From positions 2,960 to 66,959 of IMG/VR virus record IMGVR_UViG_2773857937_000001: DNA of 64,000 nt. One strand, written 5' to 3'. The notes under the pieces are model-generated. The model was not told the origin of the DNA and did not search any database. It saw only the letters and a list, made by a program, of their open reading frames with translations. The position numbers and the translations under genes are program-made. Shown one piece after another: positions 44,635 through 53,936 of the stretch. Source of the stretch: a virus. Within the stretch, counting starts at the first letter, position 1. Every line of letters begins with the position of its first letter.

Positions 44635-46338
44635 TTGAACAATCTGCATGACTATCAGGCACGTCTGGCCGACATTGCAAAACGCTCCAAAGCAGTTTTG
44701 GGTTGGGCGAGTGCCGCACAGTTTAAAGATGGTGTCTTCATCACGGATGATGCCGCACGCGCTGAAAGTATCTTTGAGGCCGCAACCAAAGATCCAATTT
44801 TCGAAGGAATCCCGGAAAAAGTAACAGGTCAGATTGCTACTGCATGGGCAAGCGCATTAGCTGACTTCTCCAACAAATATAAAACCACACCGCGCCCGGA
44901 AGTTCTGGCAGCCTGTCACCAGACGCTGGAAAACTGTCTGCTGGAATCAGCGCGTAGTGACATGGGCGCAACGAACAAAGCGATGCTGGAATCAGTCGCC
45001 TCGGACATGATGAGTGTTTCCGATGGCGTTATGCGTCTGCCTCTTTTCCTGGCGATGATTCTGCCTTCTCAGCTGGGTGCTGCAACTTCTGATGCGTGTA
45101 CCTATATCCCGGTTACTCGTGACCAGTCAGATATCTACGAGATCATCAACGTTGCAGGTTCCTCTTTTGGCTCCTATGCAGCTGGCGATCCGCTGGATAT
45201 GCAGTCAGTGGGCGTGTATAGCCAATTACGTCGTCGTTATGTGCTGGTGGCCAGTGCCGATGGTGCGGCTAAAACGTTCTCTTTCAAAATGGCCGATCAT
45301 GAAGGCCAGGCGGTTCCGATCCGTAAAGGTCGTTCCAACATCTACGTAAACCGTCTCAAGTCTACCGTAGATAATGGTTCCGGCACCTTGCTCCATACCT
45401 TCGTAAATGCCGCTGGCAAACAAATTACGGTGAATGGTTCGCTGAATTACAGCACCGGCCAGATGGACCTCACTTTCTCCGAAGCGCCAGATGCCGGAAC
45501 GGAAATTTCCATTGAGGCGGAAATCAATATCGAAGCGGCACCGGAGTTAATCCCTCTCATTAACCATGAGATGGCCAAATACACTCTGTTCCCAAGCCAG
45601 TATGTAATCGCCGCTGAACATACCGTTCAGGCTGCATATGAGGCCCAGCGTGAATTTGGTATTGATATGGGCTCTCTGCAATTCCGTACGCTGAAAGATT
45701 ACCTAGCGCATGAGCAGGATATGCTCCGCCTGCGCATCATGGTATGGCGTACCCTGAAAAAAGAGCATTTCGATATTGCTCTGCCTCAGACTCAGACCTT
45801 CGATGTGTGGGCGACGATTATCAAAGGTAAGTTCCAGACCGTCTACCGCAACATCATCGAACGCGTTAAGTCTTCCGGCTCCCAGGGGATGTTTGCTGGT
45901 GCTGATGCCGCTTCTTTCTTCAAGCAGTTGCCGCCGTCTTTCTTCCAGCCTGCTGAAGATTACACGCAGACCCCGTACGTGCATTACATCGGTACGCTGT
46001 TCGGTAACGTGAAGGTGTTTGAAGTACCAGTTGGCGTATGCCAGAACCTTTCCACCGAAGGCATGGAATTTAACTCCATGGACGTCCTGTGTTACGTACG
46101 TGACGAAAACCCAGGTAAGGCTGGTTTCGTTACTGGTGATGCAGTTCCGGCGGTTCCGTTCCAGCATCCAACCAGCACCGCGCTGGTTAACCGTACCACT
46201 TTGTGGGGCTCCGCTATCAATGATATGCACCCACGTAACGGTGCTGACTACTTCACTAAAGTCTCTCTGACGATGGCGAAGGACGGCGGTATTAACTTCC
46301 TGACTGGTGAGACTATCGACGCTGGTAAATCTGCGTAA
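44635..46338 (+). CDS. putative major head protein (P1 gp23-like, 567 aa)
   Basis: Its position next to parS is as in P1, and its size fits gp23. It follows a late promoter. Confidence 0.5.
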   Translation: MNNLHDYQARLADIAKRSKAVLGWASAAQFKDGVFITDDAARAESIFEAATKDPIFEGIPEKVTGQIATAWASALADFSNKYKTTPRPEVLAACHQTLENCLLESARSDMGATNKAMLESVASDMMSVSDGVMRLPLFLAMILPSQLGAATSDACTYIPVTRDQSDIYEIINVAGSSFGSYAAGDPLDMQSVGVYSQLRRRYVLVASADGAAKTFSFKMADHEGQAVPIRKGRSNIYVNRLKSTVDNGSGTLLHTFVNAAGKQITVNGSLNYSTGQMDLTFSEAPDAGTEISIEAEINIEAAPELIPLINHEMAKYTLFPSQYVIAAEHTVQAAYEAQREFGIDMGSLQFRTLKDYLAHEQDMLRLRIMVWRTLKKEHFDIALPQTQTFDVWATIIKGKFQTVYRNIIERVKSSGSQGMFAGADAASFFKQLPPSFFQPAEDYTQTPYVHYIGTLFGNVKVFEVPVGVCQNLSTEGMEFNSMDVLCYVRDENPGKAGFVTGDAVPAVPFQHPTSTALVNRTTLWGSAINDMHPRNGADYFTKVSLTMAKDGGINFLTGETIDAGKSA

Positions 46339-46391
46339 TTCACAGGCCGTTTAATTGAGCGCCCTTACGGGGGCGCAAAACAGGGAAAGTT

Positions 46392-47981
46392 ATGTCTCAA
46401 TATTCAATTCTTCAGTCGCTGGGTAATGCCTCCGCCGTCGCGGTGAGCCCTATTAATGCTGATGCCACTCTTACCGCTGGGATTACACTAAACTCCAGTT
46501 TGTGGGCGGGCGTTGGCGTGTTTAATCGTGGTAAACCGTTTACTGTGCTTGGCATTACCAAGTCGAATTATCTCGACGTTCTTGGTGAACCATTAAAACC
46601 GTCTGCCGGTCCTCAGTTCGAGCCGTTGCGTCATGTTTACGAAGCTGTCGAGCAGACTGCCGGGTATGTTGTGCGCGTCGTCGCGGATGATGCGAAATTC
46701 CCAATCATCACTTTTGATGAGTACGGTGTACCTGCATATAGTGCTCTGCCGTTTGGCTCAGAAGTAGAGCTTGATAGTGGTGAAGCGTTTGGTATTTACG
46801 TTGATGACGGCGATCCGTGCGTGTCTCCAACTCGTGAGTTAACTTTCGAAAAAACCGATCCTGATGGTGCTGGTAACGTACGCTTTATTGTGACGCTGAC
46901 GCAGACCAGTTCACTCGGTGTCGTCAATACGCTTGAGTCTCACACTGTTTCTTTTGCTGAAGATGCAAAAGATGACATGGGCCGTTTGTGTTATTTGCCA
47001 ACTGCACTTGAAGCCCGTTCACGTTTTCTGCGCGCTGTAGTCAATGCCGATCTCATCGCAACTGCGACGGTAAAAGAAAGCAAAGGCCTGAAGTTTACCG
47101 GCGGCACCAATGGCGACCAATCCAAGATTTCCACCCAGGCATATCTGCGTGCCGTTAAAGCCCTGGATAATGCGCCGGTAATGTATACCGCTGTGTTGGG
47201 TTTAGGCTGCTACGACAATGCTGCAATTACCGCTCTCGGAGATATTTGTACCGACCGCCTGATTGATGGCTTCTTTGATGTCAAGCCGACACTGACCAAT
47301 ACCGAAGCAATTAAAGCCGTGGCAGATACTGGATTGCTGGGTATTGATCACGTCAGTTGCTGTGTCTATCACTACCCATTCACCTGCAAAGATAAGTGGA
47401 CTCAATCACGCGTTGTGTTTGGTCTGTCTGGCGCGGCTTATGCTGCCAAAGCACGCGGTGTTAAGAAAAACTCAGACATCGGTGGCTGGCATTATTCTCC
47501 CGCTGGTGAAGAGCGCGGAGTTATCGCTCGCGCGTCGGTTCAACCGCTTTATCCGGAAGATAAACCAGATGAAGAGGCAATGGTCACTGGACGTTTGAAT
47601 AAGGTAGCCATTAGCACTACCGGGCAGATGATCATCGATGACGCATTGACGTGCTGTACTCAGAACAACTATCTGCGCTTCCAGCACGTTCCATCGCTGA
47701 TGAACGCAATTAGTCGCTTCTTCGTTCAGCTGGCCAGACAGTTAAAACATAGCCCGGACGGTATTACTGAAGAAGGCCTGCGTAAAGGTATGGTCAAACT
47801 TCTGGACCGTTTTGTTGCTGCCAAAGCGTTAGTGGAACCGCGCGACCCGGATTCTGATGGTACAGAACCTTATGTTTTAAAAGTCACTCAGGCCGAATTT
47901 GATAAGTGGGAACTTGAGTGGGCATGTTGTCCGACTGGCGTGGCTCGCCGTATCCAGGGTATTCCGGTACTCATTAAGTAA
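46392..47981 (+). CDS. putative tail sheath protein (P1 gp22-like, 529 aa)
   Basis: Synteny with the P1 23-22-21 block, and size. Confidence 0.45.
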   Translation: MSQYSILQSLGNASAVAVSPINADATLTAGITLNSSLWAGVGVFNRGKPFTVLGITKSNYLDVLGEPLKPSAGPQFEPLRHVYEAVEQTAGYVVRVVADDAKFPIITFDEYGVPAYSALPFGSEVELDSGEAFGIYVDDGDPCVSPTRELTFEKTDPDGAGNVRFIVTLTQTSSLGVVNTLESHTVSFAEDAKDDMGRLCYLPTALEARSRFLRAVVNADLIATATVKESKGLKFTGGTNGDQSKISTQAYLRAVKALDNAPVMYTAVLGLGCYDNAAITALGDICTDRLIDGFFDVKPTLTNTEAIKAVADTGLLGIDHVSCCVYHYPFTCKDKWTQSRVVFGLSGAAYAAKARGVKKNSDIGGWHYSPAGEERGVIARASVQPLYPEDKPDEEAMVTGRLNKVAISTTGQMIIDDALTCCTQNNYLRFQHVPSLMNAISRFFVQLARQLKHSPDGITEEGLRKGMVKLLDRFVAAKALVEPRDPDSDGTEPYVLKVTQAEFDKWELEWACCPTGVARRIQGIPVLIK

Positions 47982-47993
47982 GGGATTATTTAA

Positions 47994-48818
47994 ATGAACA
48001 AAAATTTTTTTGAATCTGGCAAATTCCTGGGGAATGGCCTGGCACGTTATGCAATGAGTCAGGATCCTGTCCAGTTACTGGAATCAGCCAAGGCAAGCAA
48101 TCAGCCTACGCCAGTGCCGGAACCGACTCCGACGCCAACTCCGACACCAACGCCAGTCCCAACTCCTGAACCGACGCCGGTCCCGACACCTGCGCCTGTT
48201 GATCCGATGTTTGAAGGTCGTGGGAAAAACATGACCATTGAGCAAGTACATCAATTAATTCTGGAAGCGGCTAACCGTAGTGCTACTCAGAACGCATTAA
48301 GCAATGCGGCTGAAGCAGTGTTTGATTGGGCTGATGGCGGTGATTTGAGCTATGCCGCACTGGATGGCTATGTCCAGGCTATCGCCGGTGTTTCTGATGA
48401 TGATGACGAAGTTACCGACGAGCAGGAAGACGCTTATAACGACGCCTGGGCAAATGTTGCAAACTTTTTGGCCGCTTGTGGCGTAAGTGATGACCTCATT
48501 GAAGCATTAGCTGATGATGAAGACGATGATGCAGCCGGTACAGTCGGTGAATCCTTGGCGGATCTGGATGATGAAGATCGCGATGAACTGGAAGCGGCAT
48601 TTGTCGTTGCTGGTTCCTCTGACGACATGCTGACTGAAGCGTTTAAGAAAGTCGTTCGTAACGGTGAAGTAAAACTCATCAAAAAACGTCTGCGTAAAAA
48701 ACGTCTCACTGCCGCTCAGAAATCCGCACTGAAAAAAGCACGCCGTAAGTCGAATACCGGCGCTGCCAAACTGGCGCGTAAAAAGTCTATGAAACTGCGT
48801 CGTAAACGTCTTGGCTAA
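47994..48818 (+). CDS. virion-associated protein with PT-repeat linker, acidic core and Lys/Arg-rich C-terminal tail (274 aa)
   Basis: PTPVPEPTPTPTPTPTPVPTPEPTPVPTPAPV; a DDDDEVTDEQED acidic block; a KKRLRKKRLTAAQKSALKKARRK C-terminus. Confidence 0.45.
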   Translation: MNKNFFESGKFLGNGLARYAMSQDPVQLLESAKASNQPTPVPEPTPTPTPTPTPVPTPEPTPVPTPAPVDPMFEGRGKNMTIEQVHQLILEAANRSATQNALSNAAEAVFDWADGGDLSYAALDGYVQAIAGVSDDDDEVTDEQEDAYNDAWANVANFLAACGVSDDLIEALADDEDDDAAGTVGESLADLDDEDRDELEAAFVVAGSSDDMLTEAFKKVVRNGEVKLIKKRLRKKRLTAAQKSALKKARRKSNTGAAKLARKKSMKLRRKRLG

Positions 48819-48853
48819 ATGGAGGGGCCGGAATCGTCCGGCCTTAACCTGAT

Positions 48854-49447
48854 ATGGCGATGGAATTTTACGGGGCTCTTTATCCACAAGATGGTGTATC
48901 TGATTACCTGAAAGTGACACTGACGAATAGCCAATATTCTGTTAGTGGTTATCTCTCTCAGGGGGCGGCTATGAATATTGCGCAAAGTTGGGAGGCACCT
49001 TTTAGTGGCATGAACCTTGGTTCCATTTCAGGGACTATCGGCGGCGCTGCACAGATTGCTACGGGCTTGACGTCAGTAGCTCGCTGGAACTCCTTAATGG
49101 TATGGGAAGGGGGGACGCCGCCAACGTTAACTTTACCCATCATATTTTTAGCTCAATTTAATCCATTCATTGAGGTTTCCGGTGCGATCGCTGCGTTATC
49201 TGCGATGGTTAGCCCGCAGTTAAAAGACGTTAACAAGCCTTTGAAGCCGGAAGGGCGTATACCAGAAAAAGTAACGCTGAATATTGGGCGTCGAATAATG
49301 CTGGTGGATATCATCATTCAGGATATGAGTTTTGATCTCGATGCGCCGCGTTCAAGCACTGGATTGTTTTTGAGGAATACAGTGAATCTGCAACTGAGTG
49401 GAGCCACAATTTACAATAGCTCTGACTTTATCGGTGCTTTCCAATAG
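48854..49447 (+). CDS. putative tail/baseplate structural protein (197 aa)
   Basis: ORF in the late block. Confidence 0.4.
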   Translation: MAMEFYGALYPQDGVSDYLKVTLTNSQYSVSGYLSQGAAMNIAQSWEAPFSGMNLGSISGTIGGAAQIATGLTSVARWNSLMVWEGGTPPTLTLPIIFLAQFNPFIEVSGAIAALSAMVSPQLKDVNKPLKPEGRIPEKVTLNIGRRIMLVDIIIQDMSFDLDAPRSSTGLFLRNTVNLQLSGATIYNSSDFIGAFQ

Positions 49448-49457
49448 AGGGATCTTA

Positions 49458-49967
49458 ATGGGACATAGAAACACAAGAGGGAACAAAAAATTCCTGAAGG
49501 CGCGCTACACCGCAAACGTAGCAAAAGGGGAAGCATTAGTCTCTTCCGAATTTCAACTTACGTTCCGTGGATTTGAAAATTTAAGTGTTCTTGTGCGCAC
49601 CGCTCAGATTCCGGAGATGACTCGCGAGGATGTTGAGGACTACGGCCCCAATGGCGTGAAATACAACCAGCATGGCCCGATCCGTAATTCCGGTGAATTG
49701 CAGGTACAGTGTGTAGAAACGATTGAAGGCGATATCCTGAAGTTCATCAAAGACAGAATCGCTGCAAAGGATTATGTAGACATCGAGATGGCTGCTACTC
49801 CTGAATCTAAATCGGTAGGAACTGAAGCAAAAACTACCGCCGCTACGACTATCGAAATGCTGGATTGTAAAATTTACAGCGATGCAATCGACATGAGCAC
49901 TGAAGATGTCACCGCTGCGGTCCGTCCGCCTTTGCGTATCGTATATAACTGGATCGATTGGGATTGA
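49458..49967 (+). CDS. putative structural protein (169 aa)
   Basis: Start moved to ATG 49458 (MGHRNTRG), which has a GAGGG RBS. Confidence 0.4.
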   Translation: MGHRNTRGNKKFLKARYTANVAKGEALVSSEFQLTFRGFENLSVLVRTAQIPEMTREDVEDYGPNGVKYNQHGPIRNSGELQVQCVETIEGDILKFIKDRIAAKDYVDIEMAATPESKSVGTEAKTTAATTIEMLDCKIYSDAIDMSTEDVTAAVRPPLRIVYNWIDWD

Positions 49968-49983
49968 TGGATGTAGTTACAAG

Positions 49984-50006
49984 AAAGGCTCCCAATGGGA
50001 GCCTTT
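49984..50006. terminator. bidirectional terminator hairpin AAAGGCTCCC-AAT-GGGAGCCTTT between convergent genes
   Basis: A perfect 10-bp stem read directly. Confidence 0.6.
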
Positions 50007-50024
50007 AACGACAATATAAAAAGG

Positions 50025-50486
50025 TTATTTTTTGGACTCTTTCAAAAGATCTGACCAATCACGAGGGGGTTTACCTTTTTTGAGCATTTTCTCGAAAACT
50101 TTGTAAGCATCACTTTTGCTACCATATGTTCGAAGGGTATCGCTATCGTTCATCCAGGCCAGGATAATTATTTTATTTTCCGTACTGTAACGAAAAAACA
50201 ATCGGTATCTGCCATTACCAAACTTAGCCCTGGACCAATCCTTGTTGTCGTTACCGAGAGTTGTCCCTTGTCTATATGCAGGTGAGGTTGGGTCTACAGT
50301 AATTCCCGTTTCAATCACTTTGTGAATGACGGCAAGAAGTTTTGTTTGTGCCTTCTTCTGATATCCGACTGGATCTTTTTCCTTTAAGGCCTCAACCTCA
50401 TTCACTAATGCGTCATAGACATCCTTGAAACACGGATGAACATAAATTCTCCAGCCATTAATATTTTCTGGTAATCCGCTATTCAT
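50025..50486 (-). CDS. yhaV: YhaV toxin (ribosome-dependent mRNA interferase)
   Basis: Strong similarity to recalled E. coli YhaV (NGW.LY.HPCF...YDALV.EVE.LK.KDP..Y..KA.TKLLAV.HKVIE..ITV.P.SPA.R.G..LG...KDWSR.KFG.GRYRLFFRYS...K.IIL.WMND..TLRTYG.K.DAY.VF.KML). Confidence 0.8.
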   Translation of the reverse strand: MNSGLPENINGWRIYVHPCFKDVYDALVNEVEALKEKDPVGYQKKAQTKLLAVIHKVIETGITVDPTSPAYRQGTTLGNDNKDWSRAKFGNGRYRLFFRYSTENKIIILAWMNDSDTLRTYGSKSDAYKVFEKMLKKGKPPRDWSDLLKESKK

Positions 50487-50821
50487 TAGTCCTCGTCGCA
50501 GATATCTTCATCAATGTTAACGTCCATGTTAGCAACTAACTCACGACCTCGTGACATATCAAAAGGTTGGATATTCTGCGGAGAATTTTTGATATCAGCA
50601 GCTAAAAATTGTAGGAATGCGTTCATAACATCATCCTCTTGTTTTGCTTCTTGACGGCTCAGTAGCACTTTCCCGCCTGGTAATATTTCATATTTAAGAT
50701 GATCTTTGCCCGGTTGAATGTTCAATGCTTCACGTACAGAAGCCGGTATTGTCGTCTGGCTACGGCTAGTAACCTTAGAATCGACAGTCAGGGCTGTATC
50801 GAGACGATCGAAAGCGTACAT
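50486..50821 (-). CDS. prlF: PrlF (SohA) antitoxin
   Basis: Similarity to recalled PrlF (ESK.TSRSQTT.PA.VREAL...PG.D.L.Y.......V..SR.E.......VM.AFL.FLA.DI...PQNI.P). Its stop overlaps the yhaV start. Confidence 0.8.
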   Translation of the reverse strand: MYAFDRLDTALTVDSKVTSRSQTTIPASVREALNIQPGKDHLKYEILPGGKVLLSRQEAKQEDDVMNAFLQFLAADIKNSPQNIQPFDMSRGRELVANMDVNIDEDICDED

Positions 50822-50881
50822 AATTTCACCTTTTAGTAGATCTAATTAGCCTCTGATAGAAAATATACTCTATCAAAAGCA

Positions 50882-50899
50882 GTAATGCAAATGCATTAC
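50882..50899. promoter_or_regulatory. palindrome GTAATGCA-AA-TGCATTAC upstream of prlF (candidate PrlF-YhaV autoregulatory operator)
   Basis: Read directly. Confidence 0.4.
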
Positions 50900-50922
50900 C
50901 GTGGGCGTCAGGTGTTAATGAA

Positions 50923-50940
50923 CCCGGCAAAACTGCCGGG
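50923..50940 (-). terminator. hairpin CCCGGCAGTTTTGCCGGG immediately downstream of ant (minus sense)
   Basis: Read directly. The trailing U-tract is weak. Confidence 0.45.
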
Positions 50941-50952
50941 TGTAGGAAGTTT

Positions 50953-51969
50953 TCAGCTTCTGGCGATAGGTTTTAATAATCCCGCATCAAGTAACTTTTT
51001 CGTTAGCCATTGCTGGCCCTTGCCAGTGATATGTGGCGTCAGACGAATTTTATATCCTTCTTCACCTTCCAAAACGACTTCCTTGACACTGAAGAACCCT
51101 TGGTTGATGTACCGTTGTAGAGGTACATTTTTGCGTGATCCGTAGGCAATCAAAATGTTGTTCTCCCGCAACCAGGCAAATAAGGTGTTTGGCTTCATGC
51201 TGATTGCCTTTGCGTAATTGCTGATTAGTATCCCGTTGGCGGCCGCGACCCGATCGGCAAAATCCACCTTTGGCGCGGCGCTCTGCAATTGCTCTTCCAG
51301 ATGTTGTTTTTGCTCTGCCAGTTCGGCGGCCAGACGTAATGCTTCCGGGAGAGATTGAGGGATAGCCGGGGTAGGGGATGCTTGCTCCCGCTGCTGCAAC
51401 TCCTCCAGTTTATCAATGAGCGATCGACGTACGGCTTTTGATTCGCGCGCGGCTACACGTAAAGCCTGTTTGTGCGACATTACAATAACGGTTTGGTTAG
51501 CCCCTCCTTTTACCTGATCCATGGGGGTTACGAAAATTTCGTAACCCTCACCATCTAACTCATCTCTTATGCGGGCAATAAAATCATTATTACGAACTGG
51601 TTTTTCAGCACATAACTTACGAGCATCATTAACCATTTTCAGCAACTGCTGGCTATCAATGTCCCCTTGATACATTACTGGTGAAATTACTTTCGGCACG
51701 GTTGGTTGTTCTTCTGTTTGCATTTTTGCCTCCTTGCGTTTCTCTGCCGCAACTTCCGCATAAGGGATTCGACCTTGTTCAACTAGGTATTCACGTACAT
51801 CCGTTAAAAGAATGCGCTTTAAAGCGTTTTTATCTTTCCGGGCATAAAGTCGTTTTGTAACCATCAGATAGTTGACGACTACGCTGGGGATTTCTTTCGT
51901 CGCTATACAACAAGTGTGTTGCTCAATAGCTTCAATCATTTCGTCGCGTGTGATGAGGGAGGTCTTCAT
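50953..51969 (-). CDS. ant: antirepressor Ant (C-terminal KilA-C/ANT domain)
   Basis: It is the last gene of the operator-c4-icd-ant arrangement. The C-terminal region (..NTLFAWLREN.ILIAYG...NVPLQRYINQGFF) resembles the KilAC domain of phage antirepressors. Confidence 0.6.
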   Translation of the reverse strand: MKTSLITRDEMIEAIEQHTCCIATKEIPSVVVNYLMVTKRLYARKDKNALKRILLTDVREYLVEQGRIPYAEVAAEKRKEAKMQTEEQPTVPKVISPVMYQGDIDSQQLLKMVNDARKLCAEKPVRNNDFIARIRDELDGEGYEIFVTPMDQVKGGANQTVIVMSHKQALRVAARESKAVRRSLIDKLEELQQREQASPTPAIPQSLPEALRLAAELAEQKQHLEEQLQSAAPKVDFADRVAAANGILISNYAKAISMKPNTLFAWLRENNILIAYGSRKNVPLQRYINQGFFSVKEVVLEGEEGYKIRLTPHITGKGQQWLTKKLLDAGLLKPIARS

Positions 51970-52181
51970 AAAACCCCCTTTGCGTTGCAGGGGAGGGACC
52001 AGTAATTCAGGCTGTTACGGGCTTCATTAGAGAAACGGGCGGTAAAAATGCACGGAGCATCCGGCAAAAGAGAGCGGGCTTCGGCTTCAGTGGTTGCGAT
52101 GACGCAGTGATAATGACGTTTCTGGCATGAGTAAAACCGCCAGATGAATTCATATTGAATCGGGGTAGGGGTAGTAGCCAT
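51966..52181 (-). CDS. icd: Icd-like small protein (71 aa) overlapping ant start
   Basis: A strong RBS AAGGAGG. Its size and its overlap with ant are as in P1 icd. Confidence 0.45.
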   Translation of the reverse strand: MATTPTPIQYEFIWRFYSCQKRHYHCVIATTEAEARSLLPDAPCIFTARFSNEARNSLNYWSLPCNAKGVL

Positions 52182-52339
52182 AATGGCTGCCTCCTTGAGT
52201 GATTTAAACCATCACCACCGAAGACGCCAATCTTATTGGTGGTGAGACGTACAGGGTTGGCGTAACCGGTCACTCAAGAACCCGGCGCATCTTTCGATGC
52301 CCCTGCACGCCCCACCATAATTTGGATAAAGCAGTGCTT

Positions 52340-52369
52340 TACACACAAAAAAAACCGCGTAGCGCGGTT
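52340..52369 (-). terminator. intrinsic terminator (AACCGCGCTACGCGGTT + U8 on minus strand) between c4-like RNA and icd leader
   Basis: Read directly. Confidence 0.6.
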
Positions 52370-52450
52370 GTGCGCTTGAGTAATATCCGGGACGCCAATC
52401 CCGGTTGCAGATTTTGCTGCAACGAGATAACCCTACATCACCAAGCGTTA
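52370..52450 (-). ncRNA. c4: c4-like antisense repressor RNA of immI
   Basis: It lies between the operators and the terminator. The hairpin CCGGG-ACGCCAAT-CCCGG presents GAUUGGCGU in a loop, and a near-complement ACGCCAACC and a second GACGCCAATC loop lie in the icd leader (52213-52268). Confidence 0.35.
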
Positions 52451-52493
52451 ATCGTCAATATTATTGAATGTAGCTGAAAATTCTTAAAAATAC

Positions 52494-52510
52494 AATATTA
52501 TTAGAGCAAT
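52494..52510 (-). promoter_or_regulatory. C1 operator (ATTGCTCTAATAATATT on minus strand), Op51-like
   Basis: 15 of 17 match. Confidence 0.65.
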
Positions 52511-52551
52511 TCGAGGGGCTGGCGGGTTTTTAAAATCGTCTTACATGACGC

Positions 52552-52568
52552 TTTTCTATTAGAGCAAT
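52552..52568 (-). promoter_or_regulatory. second C1 operator-like site (core ATTAGAGCAAT)
   Basis: Core intact, 12 of 17 overall. Confidence 0.5.
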
Positions 52569-52643
52569 ATGTATAAAAAACCACTATTTTTTTGAGGTTT
52601 GTGCGGCTATTATTCGTTTGATGAATATAAAATGGACAAGGAT

Positions 52644-53384
52644 ATGAAAAAGTTAGCATTAGTATTGTGCTTCATGGCAGGGACAGCGAATGCCGCGTCA
52701 AGCCTCAATCAAATTTGCACCGACTACGTAAAATACCTTGGGCACGCATATGGGTTTGCGACCAGTGAAGATGAATCTATGCGTAAGTTGCTACTGGCTG
52801 ATATGGAGCGTTTAAGTCTCTCCGAGGCGATGGTTCAAAAGGAGATGTACAAGGCAACAACGGATGATGCCGCTAAGATGTACTATTCCATGTTCCTTAA
52901 TCCTGATCTGAATGAAACTAACCGAGGCGCATTTGCTCAGATGGTTTCATATTGCGAAGCTGGGCCAGATGTGATGATACCAAGCTGGGCCGTATTGGTG
53001 GCAAAGGGTAAGGTCAGGAAGGAAGATGCTGGATCATCCTTCATGGAAACAATTAATAGCGATGCGTTTAAAAATGCTCCTGGTATGAGGCATCAGATAT
53101 CAAGAAACACACCGGAGTTTAAATCTTGTGTCGCGAAAAAGGTTGCAGAGGAAAAACGCGCTAATCCAAGTGTCCATCAAAGTGCGCTTGAGGTTGCTGC
53201 CGAAGCTCAATGCCTTAATGGAAATAGTTCCGTAAATACTCCACCAGCGTCTTCAGGTGAGCCGTCATTAAAAATGAAGGGCTGCATATACGAAAAATTA
53301 AATGTTATGAAAAAAGATAGCCCAAATGTTCCTGAAGCTAATTTAATGGCCACGGCAAAAAGCCTCTGTGAAGATGGATATTAA
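52644..53384 (+). CDS. secreted (periplasmic) protein, sim-position
   Basis: Signal peptide MKKLALVLCFMAGTANA. Start moved to ATG 52644, which has an AAGGAT RBS. Confidence 0.5.
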   Translation: MKKLALVLCFMAGTANAASSLNQICTDYVKYLGHAYGFATSEDESMRKLLLADMERLSLSEAMVQKEMYKATTDDAAKMYYSMFLNPDLNETNRGAFAQMVSYCEAGPDVMIPSWAVLVAKGKVRKEDAGSSFMETINSDAFKNAPGMRHQISRNTPEFKSCVAKKVAEEKRANPSVHQSALEVAAEAQCLNGNSSVNTPPASSGEPSLKMKGCIYEKLNVMKKDSPNVPEANLMATAKSLCEDGY

Positions 53385-53405
53385 TTTCTATAGGGTATTA
53401 TTAAG

Positions 53406-53879
53406 ATGAAAAATAAATTTGTTTTTTTTATTATCCCACTGCTTTTTTGCTCCTCTGCCATGGCAAATGTAAGCAAATGGTCAACTGCTGAAGAAAAAGG
53501 TGTAAGGGTATATTCAGTAGACAGCAAGAATAAATATACGCTTCGATTTAGTTGTGATGTTGGGGCTAGTAATACGTCTTCTGATTCAGTAGGAACCAGG
53601 ATGTTAGAGCTTTCTCAGGACTTCCCTGGTGGTAAATCCTATAGTGACACGAATGGGATTTTGTTAAAGGTTGGAGAAGATGAATACCCTATGGGGCAGA
53701 TAGGCTCCACTGTTGGCGATAGCTGGTGGTATGGATTTTGGAGTGATGTTCCAGACTCACAATCTAAGGCTGTCGATGCTTATGTTGACGGAAAAAAAAT
53801 AGCTTCGTTTACCATGCGTAAAGCCGCAGAACTTTACAACTCAGCACCTGAAGACGGATGTCTGAAACGCGCGAAGTAA
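53406..53879 (+). CDS. secreted protein (157 aa)
   Basis: Signal peptide MKNKFVFFIIPLLFCSSAMA. Confidence 0.5.
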   Translation: MKNKFVFFIIPLLFCSSAMANVSKWSTAEEKGVRVYSVDSKNKYTLRFSCDVGASNTSSDSVGTRMLELSQDFPGGKSYSDTNGILLKVGEDEYPMGQIGSTVGDSWWYGFWSDVPDSQSKAVDAYVDGKKIASFTMRKAAELYNSAPEDGCLKRAK

Positions 53880-53883
53880 CCCG

Positions 53884-53906
53884 CCACAAATGACAACTCG
53901 TAAAAT
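53884..53906 (+). promoter_or_regulatory. P1-type late promoter (CCACAAATGACAACTCG-TAAAAT) followed by 24-bp hairpin AAAATCGGA...TCCGATTTT
   Basis: Read directly. Confidence 0.5.
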
Positions 53907-53936
53907 CGGAAGATGATCCGATTTTACGAGGTTGCC

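Noticed and set aside
46357-46376. Hairpin GCGCCC-TTACGG-GGGCGC after the head gene as a terminator.
   Set aside because: It is followed by AAAACAGG rather than a T-tract. It is kept only as a possible RNA structure.
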